From assembly GCF_009914755.1 (NCBI RefSeq), contig NC_060938.1: a stretch of DNA of 64,000 bases. The stretch is one strand, 5' to 3'. The translations under genes and the position numbers were made by a program. Numbering within the stretch: position 1 is the stretch's first letter; each line of letters begins with the position of its first letter. The notes beneath the pieces were generated by a model. The model saw only the letters and a program-made list of their open reading frames with translations. It did no database searches and was not told the DNA's origin. Source of the stretch: the human T2T-CHM13v2.0 reference genome, Homo sapiens. Shown piece after piece: positions 38,396 to 49,867 of the stretch.

Positions 38396-39943
38396 TTAGG
38401 TTGGTGCAAAAATCATTATAACTAGGCTCAAATACATCTTTATTAATCAAAGTAAGAACCTTACAATCAACACATTTTTGCCAATGAGAAATAAGTTTGT
38501 TTACTCCTGTAGGGTAAAAATCTGAGCTTCAGGATTCAATGAACTCTTGGAAAGCATTTTCTGCATCCTGCTGGTTGTGGAAATGTTTTCCCTGCAAAAA
38601 GTTTTCAAGATATTCGAAGTAGTGGTAGTCAGTTGCTGGGAGGCCAGGTGAACATGGCAGATGAGGCAAAATTTTGTAGCCCAATTTGTTCAACTTTTGA
38701 AACTTTGTGCAATGTGCCATTGGGTGTTGTCGTGGAGAAGAATTGGGTCCTTTCTGTTGACCAAAGCTGGCTGCAGGCATTGCAGTTTTTGATGCATCTC
38801 ATCAATTTGCTGAGCATACTTCTCAGATGTAATGGTTTTGCTGGGATTCAGAAAACTGCAGTGGATCAGACCAGCAGCAGACCACCAAATAGTGACCATG
38901 ACCTGTTTTTGGTGCAAGTTTGGCTTTGAGAAGTGCTTTGGAGCTTCTTCTCAGTCCAACCACTGAGCTGGTCATTGCTGGTTGTCATATAAAATCCACT
39001 TTTTGTCATATGTCAATCTGATCCAGAAATTGTTCGTTGTTGCATAGAAAAAGAGAAGATGACACTTCAAAACAATGACTTTCTTTTTAAATTTTTGCTC
39101 AGCTTATGAGGCATCCTCTTATCAAGCTTTTTGCCTTTCCAATTTGCTTCAAATTACAAACGACTGTAGAATGGTCGATGTGGAGTTATTTGGCCACTTC
39201 TCACGTAGTTGTAACAAGAGGATCAGCTTTGATGATTGCTCTCAATTGGTGGTTGTCAACTTCTGATGGCCGATTGCTACATTCCTCATCTTCAAGGCTC
39301 TCTTCTCCTTTGCAAAACTTCTTGAACCACCACTGCAGTGTAAGTTCGTTAGCAGCTCCTGGGCCAAATGTGTTGTTGATGTTGCGAGTTGTCTCTGATG
39401 CTTTACAATCCATTTTGAACTTGAATAAGAAAATTGGCCAGGCATAGTGGCTCATGCCTGTAATCCCAGCACTTTGGGAGGCTGAGGTGGGCAGATCACT
39501 TGAGGCCAGAAGTTCGAGACTAGCCTGGCCAACATGGTGAAACCTCGTCTCTACTAAAAATACAAAAATTAGCCGGGCATGGGGGTGCACACCTGTAATC
39601 CCAGTTACTCGGGAGGCTGAGGTAGGAGAATCACTTGGACCCGGGAAGCAGAGGTTGCCGAAATCACACCACTGCACTCCAGCCTGGGTGACAGAGCCAG
39701 ACTCAGTATCAAAAAAAAAAAAAAAAAAAAAAAAAAACTTGAATTTGCTTTTTGTCTAACATTATTCCCATAGTCTAAAATAAATATAAAATAAGGAGCA
39801 AGTAATACGTCATTAGTGAAAAAACATGAAGTGAGAAATGTCCATTAAAATGATGTATAGCATAACTACATTCATGTAAGAGTGTATTCCAATATCTAAT
39901 GGCAAATTTCAACAATGCAAAAACCACAACTACTTTTGCACAA
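38396..39943 (-). mobile_element. HSMAR1 mariner transposon, near full length, defective transposase, interrupted by an Alu
   Basis: TIR remnants TTAGGTTGGTGCAAAA (38396) and AAAACCACAACTACTTTTGCAC (about 39920-39941), with TA flanks. Minus-strand peptides [30 protein letters not shown]..., HQKQVMVTIWWSAAGLIH...ILLHDN and TDYHYFEYLENFLQGKHFHNQQDAENAFQEF match the HSMAR1/SETMAR transposase, with frameshifts and stops. Native ATG at 39771. Confidence 0.95.
39436..39737 (+). mobile_element. Alu (AluSz-like) inserted near codon 12 of the HSMAR1 transposase, antisense to it
   Basis: Full Alu with an A27 tail (39711-39737). HSMAR1 sequence is continuous across the insertion. Confidence 0.97.
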
Positions 39944-40488
39944 TATGACCCTGTTTCGCTAACATGTTTGTAACTGGAAGGAAAATGCTACCTACCTCAC
40001 AGAACCACTCTGAGAATGGATGAAATAAGGTGTATTGTGGAAACAAATCAGCGATGGCCCCCAAGCCCCCAGCCCTCTGGTGCACATTTTCTGGCTAGCT
40101 CCTCCTTTCAATTAAATTACATTTTATGGAAAAAGGAGCTTTACAGATGACACTGATATCCCTCATCACTTGTATTAAATTAATCAAGAGGGATATTATC
40201 ATGGGTGGGGCTGACCTGACCAGGGGAGCCCTTGAAAGAGACAGGAAGCAGCGGCAGACACTCTCCTGTTGGTCTTGAAGAAAACAGTCACATTGTGAAC
40301 TGGCCATGAAGGGGGCCTTTTGGCAGGGATCTGGGAGTGGCCTCTATGAGCTGAGTGGTTCTTTGCTGGCAGCAAGCAAGAAAACAAACAAGGACCTCAA
40401 TCCTTTAGATGCAAGATACTGAATTCTACCAATAACCATGTGAACCTGGGAGAAAATCCAGCCTCAACTGAGACTTTGGCCAGCAGAC

Positions 40489-40877
40489 TGTATTAAAATG
40501 TACCCACAGGATTTTGATTTTGGGAGGTAATTAAATGATGACATGGAGAGCCTGATGCCATTGAAAGAAGAATTTACTACTTACATTTCCCAAGAGAAGG
40601 AGGCTTGCCACACCACAAGCCAAGTGGGGAAGCACCAGATTTGGTCAGGAAGCAGAAGGAGGAGCGAGGCAAAAGCTTAGACCACAGCCTCTGTTAGGAC
40701 AGTGGTAGATAGTTGTTAGATGGCAATGTCCCCTATTGGGCAGAACTCAAAACACAGATGCTGTGGTTTATGTTGAGAGGGTTGTAATACTATTTTCATT
40801 CATCTGCAAAAACTGGATCACAGGGAAGATGTAAGTAACTTTGCCCATTAATTTGATTTTATGATTTTAATGGATGC
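40489..40877 (-). mobile_element. ERVL LTR of the MER73/MER74/MER88 group (short remainder at about 43132-43170)
   Basis: GGGAAGCACCAGATTTGGTCAGGAAGCAGAAGGAGGAGCGAGG resembles the recalled MER74-group consensus. Confidence 0.5.
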
Positions 40878-43126
40878 TGATACGGTTTGACTGTGTCCCC
40901 ACCCAAATCTCAATTTAAATTGTATCTCCCAGAATTTTCATGTGTTGTGGGAGGGACCCAGGGGGATGTAATTGAATGATGAGGGCTGATCTTTCCTGTG
41001 CTATTCTTGTGATAGTGAATAAGTCTCATGAGATCCAATGGGTTCATCAGGGGTTTCCACTTTTGCTTCTCTCTCATTTTCTCTTGCCACTGCCATGTAA
41101 GAAGGGCCTTTCACCTCTCACCATGATTCTGAGGCCTTCCCAGCCATGTGGAACCTCTTTTTCTTCCTAGTCTCAGGTATGTCTTTATCAACTGCCTGAA
41201 AATGAACTAATACAGTAAATTGGTACCAGTAAAGTGGGGCACTGCTGAAAAGATACTCAAAAATGTGGAAGTTACTTCGGAACTGGGTAGCAGGCAGAGG
41301 TTGGAACAGTTTGGAGGGCTCAAAAGAAGACAGGAAAATGTGGAAAAGTTTAGAACCTCCTAGAGACTTGTTGAATGGCTTTCACAAAAATACTAATAGT
41401 GATATGAACAATAAGGTCCAGGCTGAGGTGGTCTCAGATGGAGATGAGGAACTTGTCGAGAACTGGAGCAAAGGTGACTCTTGTCATGTTTTAGCAAAGA
41501 GACTGGCAGCATTTTTCCCCTGCCCTAGAGATTTGAACTTGAGAGAGGTAACTTAGGGTATCTGGTGGAAGAAATTTCTAAGCAGCAAAGCATTCCAAAG
41601 GTGACGTGGGTGCTATTAAAAGCATTCTGTTTTAAAAGGGAAACAGAGCATAAAAGTTCAGAAAATTTGCAGGCTGACGATGCAGTAGAAAACAAAAACT
41701 CATTTTTTGAGGAGAAATTCAAGCCAGCTGAAGAAATTTGCATAAGTAGCAAGGAGCCTAATGTTAATCCCCAAGACAATGGGGAAAATATCTCCAGGCC
41801 GTGTCAGAGAACTTCATGGCAGTCCCTTCCATCACAGGCCCAGAGGCCCAGGAGGAAAAAGTGGTTTTGTGGGTGAGGCCCAGGGTCCCCTTCCTATGTT
41901 CAGCCTAGGGACTTGGTCCCCTGTTGTAGCCACTTCAGCTGTGGCTGAAAGGGGCCAATGTAGAGCTTGGTCTTTGGCTTCAGAGGGTGGAAGCCCCGGG
42001 CTTTGGCAGCTTCCACATGGTGTTGAGCTTGCGTGTGCACAGAAGTCAAGAATGGAGGTTTTGGAACCTCTGCCTAGATTTCAGAAGATGCATGGAAACG
42101 CCTATATGCGCAGGCAAAAGTTTGCTGCAGAGGTGGGGCCCTTATGGAGAACCTCTGCTAGGGTAGTGCAAAAGGGAAATGTGGAGTCAGAGCCCCTACA
42201 CAGAGTCCCTACTGGAGCACTGCCTAGTGGAGCTGTGAGAAGAGGGCCACCATCCTCCAGACCCCAGAATGGTGGATCCACTGACAGCTTGTACCATGCA
42301 CTTGGAGTAACCGCAGACACTCAACACAAGCCTGTGAAAGCAGCCAGGAGGGATGCTGTACCCCGTAAAGCCACAGGGGTGGAGCTGCCCAAGACCATGG
42401 AAACTCACCTTTTGCATCAGCATGACCTAGACGTGAGACCTGGAATAAAGGAGATCATTTTGGAACTTTAACATTTAACTGCCCTGCTAAATTTTGGATT
42501 TGCATGGGCCCTGTAACCCCTTTGTTTTGGCCAATGTCTTCCATTTGGAATGGCTATATTTACCCAATACCTGTACCCTCATTGTATCTAGGAAGTAACT
42601 AGCTTGCTTTTGATTTTACAGGCTCATAGGCAGAAGGGACTTGCCTTATCTCAGATGAGACTTTGGACTGTGGACTTTTGCTGAAATGAGTTAAGACTTT
42701 GAGGAATTTTTGGGAAGGCATGAGTGGTTTTTAAACGCAAGAACATGAGATTTGGAGGAGCCGGGGGTGGAATGATATGGTTTGGCTGTGTCCCCACCCA
42801 AATCTCAACTTGAATTTTATCTCTCAGAATTCCCACGTGTTGTGGGAGGGATCCAGGGGGAAGCAATTGAATCTTGAGGGCTGGTTTTTCCTGTGCTATT
42901 CTCATTATAGTGAATAAGTCTCATGAGATCTGATGGATTTATCAGGGGTTTCCACTTTTGCTTCTCTCTCATTTTCTCTTGCCGCCACCATGTAAGAAGT
43001 GCCTTTCACCTCCTGCTATGATTCTGGGGCCTCTCCAGCCATGCAGAACTCTAAGTCCAATTAAACTTCTTTTTCTTCCCAGTCTTGAGTATGTCTTTAT
43101 CAGCTGTGTGAAAATGGACTAATATA
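40878..43126 (+). mobile_element. Full THE1A provirus: 5' LTR 40878-41214, THE1A-int 41215-42772, 3' LTR 42773-43126
   Basis: Two THE1A LTRs (TGTATCTCCCAGAATT..., TATCAGGGGTTTCCACTTTTGC). The internal region starts GTAAATTGGTACCAGTA. Perfect TSD GATGC (40873-40877, 43127-43131). ORFs 41263-41556, 41565-41876 and 41761-42471 lie within the MaLR internal region. Confidence 0.95.
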
Positions 43127-43869
43127 GATGCCAAATAAACATACTATTTATGGCAACAGAAAACTGAAATCTTGATTTCAGCATATGCTATCCTGAGTGG
43201 AGAGCTTAGCTGCACTGTGCCTGGACCCCTGGCCTACTGAAGCTGTGAGATAATAAATAGGAATTGTAAGCCACTATGTTTGTGGCCATTTGTTACACAG
43301 CCATAGAAAACCAATACATGTACATAGAGCTGACCTATCCCCAGCATAGACTAAGTGTGCAATGAATGATCTTTTTTTTTTTTTTTTTTTTGCCTTCCTC
43401 TTCTTCCTCTGTCTTCTTTTTACAGAAAATGCAAAGCTTACTCTACAAACTCACATGGGGGTAGAATACAGCTATACATATTTTTTTCCTCCTAAGACTA
43501 ATTTCTCTTTTGGGCAATTCAATTTCAGTCAATGTAGAGAGCCTCTCTTCCTTCCAGCCTCTGTTCTTTCTCAGGTTTGGATGTTCTCCTTGCATCTTAC
43601 TTGATTCCATGGATGGGTTCTACCTCTTGTCCACTCAGTTTCAGGGGAATCTTTCTGTGGTCAGGCTGAGTGCAGAGAGTTGGTGAGGCTGACCAGGGCC
43701 CTCAATGAAGGCCTAGATATTCCACGAAGCCGTTTATTCTCTGGAGTTCCACATTTCCCTGGAGTTCCACATAGAAAACAGGCCCAACTTGTCTCTATTT
43801 TCAGATTCCATAAACCTAGGTGGGGGTTGGAGGCATAGTCCCTTTTCTTGTTTTTGTTTGTTTGATTGT

Positions 43870-44410
43870 TTTAACAAACATTTTATTCTGGAATAATTTT
43901 AGTTTTATAGAAAAGTTGCAAAGATAATATGGAGAATTCCCATATACCCTTTGCCAAGTATAACTTTCCCTTAATGTTACATTTCTCTAGTCTATTTTTC
44001 AGAAGTAAGACACTAACATTGGTAAATTACTATTACCAAAACTCTAGACTTTACTTGAATTTCATCAAGCTTTTCTTTAATGTCTTTTTGTTGTTGTTGC
44101 AGAATTCAATCCACGTTACTCCATTGCCATTTGTTACCACGTCCTTCAGTCTCCTCAATCTCTCAGTCCCCTTATTTTTCGTGACCTTGACAACTTTGAG
44201 GAGGACTCATCAGGTATGTTGTAGAATGCACCTCAGTCATGGTTTGTGTGAGATTTTCTCATGATTAGACTGGGACTATGGATTTTTGGAGAGGAGACAA
44301 CAAAACTTAAGTGCCCTTTTTATCCCATCAGAGCATGGGGCACATGGTATCTACATGGCATCACAGATGGTGCTGACCTTAATCACATTGTCAAGGTACT
44401 GTTTGCACTA
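43870..44410 (-). mobile_element. L1MC-class LINE-1 3' end
   Basis: TTTTATTCTGGAATAATTTTAGTTTTATAGAAAAGTTGCAAAGATAATATGGAGAATTCCCATATACCC. Confidence 0.75.
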
Positions 44411-45149
44411 AATAAAAAGCAGTGTCCACATCTTTATCTCTCCCTCGCATCATCCTTCCTTCCTTCTCCCCTTAGGCTGAGGTCAGGAGACAAAAGAGGG
44501 AGAGTTGTAACTTCTTCAACCCTTCATGCTTTTGTTTATTTCACTGTTTCCCTAAGGATCTGGGCTTTTGGAAGACAAAAGCCAGAGAAATACAAGCAGC
44601 ATATTATATTCTGGCCTTGATGTTCTCTACCTCTGAGGCAATGAGCACAAGAAAAGTCTGGCTGTTCAAAGAGGGTTGGGGAAAGAATTTTCAGGAAAAA
44701 AAAAATTTTTAGTTTATATTTCAGAAATATTATTCTGCCACATTTTGCTTGAAGCTCAGCCCAGGGTTTCCACTGCAGCTGCAGTTTCAAATATACTGCC
44801 CCATTATCTCTAGAAGGTTTTTTTCACTTATTAGACATGCTACCCAAAGTTCTATTGTGCAACAGAGTTAAAGGGCCTGGAGCCCTTGCAAAATTTAGGA
44901 CGTATGGAAAAAGCCAAGGTTACAGCTGACACCATCCTTAAATATTGGCTCAGCAGACAACTTGCCTTGAGATACATGAAGAGGAGTTAACTGCACTTAA
45001 GTAAAAATTCAGAATTTGGGCAAAAACACATTCAGAAAGAACATGTTGGAGATATGGTTGTATGCAGACAAAATGATTCTAAAACACTTATTTCCCAAAT
45101 TTCTTATTTGAGAGCCAGTTTGACTAATTTTGGGAAGAATCTATAGTGT

Positions 45150-45660
45150 GCACTAAGTTCCTTCCATTTTCCTACTGGCCTGATAGAACCTTCCTGATTC
45201 TTCGTTGACCCTGCAGCTCTAGCTACAGTGATTGGCTAAATGGTGGGCACCTGACTGGAGTTGGACTAATCATAGCTCCTCACATCCCTGGCCATCTGAT
45301 TGGTTGCTTGTGAACACATGACTCAGACTGGGCCGATCCGAACCCCAGTTGAGCATGGGGCATGTAAGTAGGAGGAAGGGAGAGAGGGAAAGGACTCTGA
45401 TCTCTAAACAGTGAGGATCTGAGCCCAGGAGTTGCTGGTAGCCATGGTTTCAACCTCATAGAAACAGATATTCTAAGGCCGTGAAGTTAATGTGTGGGGA
45501 GAATCAGGTAGAGATAATTCTGATGCCCTCCCCACCCTTATTATGCCTGTACCCATGGACACCCTACATTTGGATTATGAGCCACTGATCCTCCTTTCTG
45601 CCCAAGTGAGTCTGTGTTACTTTTCTCTTGCTTAAAAACAAAGTCAGTCTTGACTAAGAA
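45150..45660 (+). mobile_element. MLT1K-like ancient MaLR LTR
   Basis: Repeated GTGATTGG...GGGCACCTGAC / GAACACATGACTCAGACTGGGCC units and a terminal ...CAAAGTCAGTCTTGACTAA. Confidence 0.6.
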
Positions 45661-45989
45661 AGAGTTATGTCTCACAATCAGGGCAGTGCAAGGCAGGGGA
45701 AGAAGAGAAAGCTCTAAATGCCCCACCTCAGAGAGTCTTGGGTTCAAATGTGATTCCCTGATGCTCCATTGATTATCTGTGCGATCTTGGGCAAGATACT
45801 CAACCTCTCTGGGCATTAGTTTCTTCATCTACACAGTGGGAAAATTAGGAGAATAAATAGTCTTCTGAATCTGTAGGATGTGGATTGGTAATTTTTTTCC
45901 TCTCCCTCATCACTATTCAGAAACATTGCCTTACATCCAGTTTATTAAGTCCATACTGCATAATTATTTTTGTTTGAAATTCTTCATTC

Positions 45990-46388
45990 CACCAACATAC
46001 ATTGGAGTTGCTCTATCATGGTGTCTTCTCCCCTGATGAAGGCATGTGTTCCAGGGGTGAGCAGGTGATGCAAGATAGGACAATCTATGTTCATTTCAGG
46101 GTTTTTCCTAGAGGAAAAGAGGGCTTTCCTTTTGGGACATGGAGCAGTTATCTCCCCTGATACGTGGAGGAAGTCTGTATCCAATAGGAGAGAAGGCGCT
46201 GAGCAGTGAGAAACAAAGGAAAGAAGGATGGCAAGATAAAATGAATTTGGTGACATGGAATATTGATGTGACTGAATCCACCTTAATGCTGAGCCAATAA
46301 CATACTAAATCTATACATTTTTTTTTTCTAAAAGCTACTTCATATTGGGTTTCTGTTACTTGCACCTAAAGAAGTCCTAATAACAGCA
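45990..46388 (+). mobile_element. Ancient ERVL/MaLR LTR fragment (MLT1/LTR33-like)
   Basis: Terminal TTGGGTTTCTGTTACTTGCACCTAAAG...CCTAATAACA motif. Confidence 0.45.
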
Positions 46389-48067
46389 TATTTTATTCCT
46401 GCCTTGAACATATTTTCTGATGTGTCCAGAACAGTCTCATTTTATGTCTGTTATTCTGGTGTAGTTAATAATAATAACTAACTTAACTCCCAAAAGTACC
46501 CTGGTTTGGTTGATAAATTTCATATTACTTAACCCAATGTACTTGCCCCAAAACAAGTGTTCATGAGGGCAGGGAGAGCCACTTATTTGGAGAAAAGCAA
46601 AGGTGGAAGAAGATCAGGAGAACCAATAGAAATATTTTTATTGTGGGTTTTTCTATGTGTCTTTTATTTTTTATGGCTTCTTTCTGTGCATGGAACAAGG
46701 TGTTATTTTTTGTCTCCCAGTGGTGAAAATAATTCCAAACAAAAATGATAAATACCAGACTCAAATTGGAAGTGAAAGGATCCAGAAGATGGTACTTGCT
46801 GAGAGTAATGGAACAGGGATGGTGCCACAAGAGTTCTTGGGGAAGTTTTGAAGAAAGCAAAGATGTTTTGGGGACATATGCAGTCTGCAGTCCTCCACAG
46901 AGACTGGAGCCCAGCATTTTGAAAAGAATGCCAATTGGAAGAATTTGGAATAAAGAATTACTCAGAAATAGAAACTGTTTTGGCAGGGTTGAAATGTTAT
47001 ATCAGTACAGAATGATTTCAAATTAATGGGCAGAATTCAATTTTGTTCATATGCATGCTCCAGTTTGGGAAGGGAATCAAGTGGAAGGGGTATATGGGGG
47101 CTTTGAGAGACATTGAGCTCTTAGACAGTTCTTCCTTCCCACAAGTTAGAATTTAGAGACGAGTGTGGCCAAACACTGTGGGTGTGGTAAAAGTATGTGT
47201 GAGTTCAGACAATGGCAGTGACTGGCAGGGATGCTCTTGACCAGGACTAGGTCTATTACTTGAGATAATATAAAGTCTGAATTATTTCCCAGCCCATGTC
47301 ATAATATCGTGGGGGCTTAGACCCTTCTAAGGCTGCTTACCTTGCCAGGGAAGTGCACTTCCCCCTTGTAAGTATGAGATGGCAATGAGAATCCTGTGTG
47401 TGTCTGTATTTATCTGTATCTATATCCAGGTCTATATTATCGGATAATATGCCTACACATTCAGACACACATAGAGCCCCCAGTTCTGTTCCCCAAGCAC
47501 TTACTAAGGACCCACTCTGTGCTGGAGTCTCTGCTATGTTTTGGGGATATAGTGAGGGAAATGTCTTACAGTCTCCTTCATGTGTTTACTATTTATTAAT
47601 GCCAAATAGAGAAATAAAAATGCTGTCACATTTACAGAGCCCTTTGGCATTTGTGAAACACATTCACATCAAACAGCGCTGTGAATACAGCAAGAGCCAT
47701 TCCCCTTATTCTACAGATGGTGAAGTCAACTCAGAAAGACCAAGTGACAAGTTCAAGGTCACACAGCCAAGACTAATCCACAACTCTGCCTCCTACATCT
47801 TCTTAAGTCACGTTTAACTATCTCGTATTTCTGTTTGAAATATTTAATTCCAGTAAGTGGGGAATTCTGAGTGGATACCGTGAAGTAAACCCATTTTCAG
47901 GCTTTATACCACGAAAACACACATGGACAAAAAGGCAGCATAAATCTCCTTGACTTGTGATTTAATATTGGGACTCCAAGCCCCGGGGAATATTTTCATT
48001 TGATTTCTTGCTCCCTTATGCTATAAGAGAGTATTTTTAGAGGGTCAATAGCCTGGTTTAATCTATC

Positions 48068-48372
48068 ATCTCCTTCCTTCCTTCCTTCCTTCCTTCCTTC
48101 CTTCCTTCCTTCCTTCCTTCCTTCCTTCCTTCCTTTTTTCCTTCCTCCCTTCCTCCCTCCCTTCCTTCCTCCCCTCCTTCCTTTTTTCCTTCCTCCCTCC
48201 CTTCCTTCCTTCCCTTCCTCCCTCTCTCCCTCCTTCCTTCCTTTTTTCCTTTGTTTCTCCTTCCACCTCTTCCTTCCTCCCTCTTGCCTGCCTGCCCTCC
48301 TTCATTCCTTCCTCCCTCCCTCCCTCCCTCCTTCCCTCCTTCCTTCCTTCCTCCTTTCCTTCCTTCCTTCAT
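48068..48372 (+). repeat. (CCTT)16 perfect microsatellite plus about 240 bp of degenerate polypyrimidine tract
   Basis: Perfect CCTT x16 at 48072-48135, continuing as CCCT/CCTT variants and abutting an L2 tail. Confidence 0.97.
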
Positions 48373-48520
48373 TTACTTGTTAACTCAACAAATACTTATG
48401 TCCATTCCTCTGTGACAGAAACTATACTAAGGGCCAATAATTCAGAGACAAATTAAATTCATTTGCTGCCCTTGAGGGGCTCACAGTCTTGTGGTGAGAC
48501 AGAGCATCCACTTGGGAGAC
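48372..48520 (-). mobile_element. L2 3' end
   Basis: CTCAACAAATACTTATG...CTGCCCTTGAGGGGCTCACAGTCTTGTGGTGAGACAGA. Confidence 0.7.
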
Positions 48521-49017
48521 TGTGATCAACGTTCACCAAGGCTTGGACAGATAGTTAGGAGAATTGACCACATCCACTGACAGACCTCACAGAGGGAGCA
48601 GTGGGCATGGCCTTTGGGAGGAGACATTGGAAGGGCCCTCCCAGCCTGGGTAGATGTCCACACCAGCAGGCGAAGCTGCTGCAGAGTGCCCTCAAGGGAG
48701 TAATCCACTCCCAGGATGGAGGGGCAGGCCTGCCAGGAGGGCTTCAGGAAGAAGGAGTGCACGCCAGTGGCCTCTAGTCATGCAGGCCTGAACTGGCTGC
48801 TGAGATGTGCAGAATGATTCTTCCTGATCCAGTGGGCACTGGAACTTTCAGTGGGCAGGCGGGCTCTCCTGGAGAGGAGGCTGCCCTCCATCTGAAGTCC
48901 CTGCTCTGCTCTCCTCTGTCTCTCCCACGCGTCCCTTCAGGCCTTTCATGCACTACCCAAATGTCTTAGGTGGGCTGCACCTCCCTGGAATGGGCTCCGG
49001 CCTCCTCCCTTAGCCCT

Positions 49018-49686
<669 letters not shown>

Positions 49687-49819
49687 GGGGATCCACTTTA
49701 GCCCCGAGGAGCAGCCATCTCCTCACAGCACCTGGCCCAAGCCCCTTCTCACTCCTGTCACTGCCCTTTCAGCCCCATACTCTCAGATTCAGGATTTGTG
49801 GATGGGGTCTGGTGCTGGC

Positions 49820-49822
<3 letters not shown>

Positions 49823-49866
<44 letters not shown>
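49823..49866 (+). repeat. (CA)n microsatellite
   Basis: About 19 perfect AC units. Confidence 0.95.

Positions 49867-49867
<1 letters not shown>

Larger units (their letters stand above)
40036..43318 (+). mobile_element. MLT1E-type MaLR LTR (40036-40488 and about 43170-43318), split by nested insertions
   Basis: TTAATCAAGAGGGATATTATCATGGGTGGGGCTGACCTGACCAG...CTGAATTCTACCAATAACC on the left; CTGTGAGATAATAAAT...GTTACACAGCCATAGAAAACCAATACA on the right. 4/5 TSD TGTAT / TGTAC. Confidence 0.75.

Noticed and set aside
38396-39943. Possible SETMAR gene
   Set aside because: No SET-domain exons are nearby, the transposase has several stops and frameshifts, and the third catalytic residue is Asp. This is a dispersed HSMAR1 copy.
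40968-42875. DUX4 sites in the THE1A LTRs
   Set aside because: Both copies of the TAATTGAATCA motif are mutated (TAATTGAATGA and CAATTGAATCT).
23081-43772. Isolated two-copy duplications (12 bp at 23081, 9 bp at 28499, 26-bp period at 31105, 18-bp period at 43741)
   Set aside because: These are ordinary slippage duplications with no spacers and no motif gain that I can see. They are not CRISPR-like.
47348-47363. Perfect 16-bp palindrome GGGAAGTGCACTTCCC (two inverted ETS cores)
   Set aside because: About one 16-bp palindrome is expected by chance in 64 kb (64000/4^8), and there is no supporting context.
48058-48372. Gly/Arg/Lys/Glu-rich ORFs
   Set aside because: They are translations of the (GGAA)n microsatellite.
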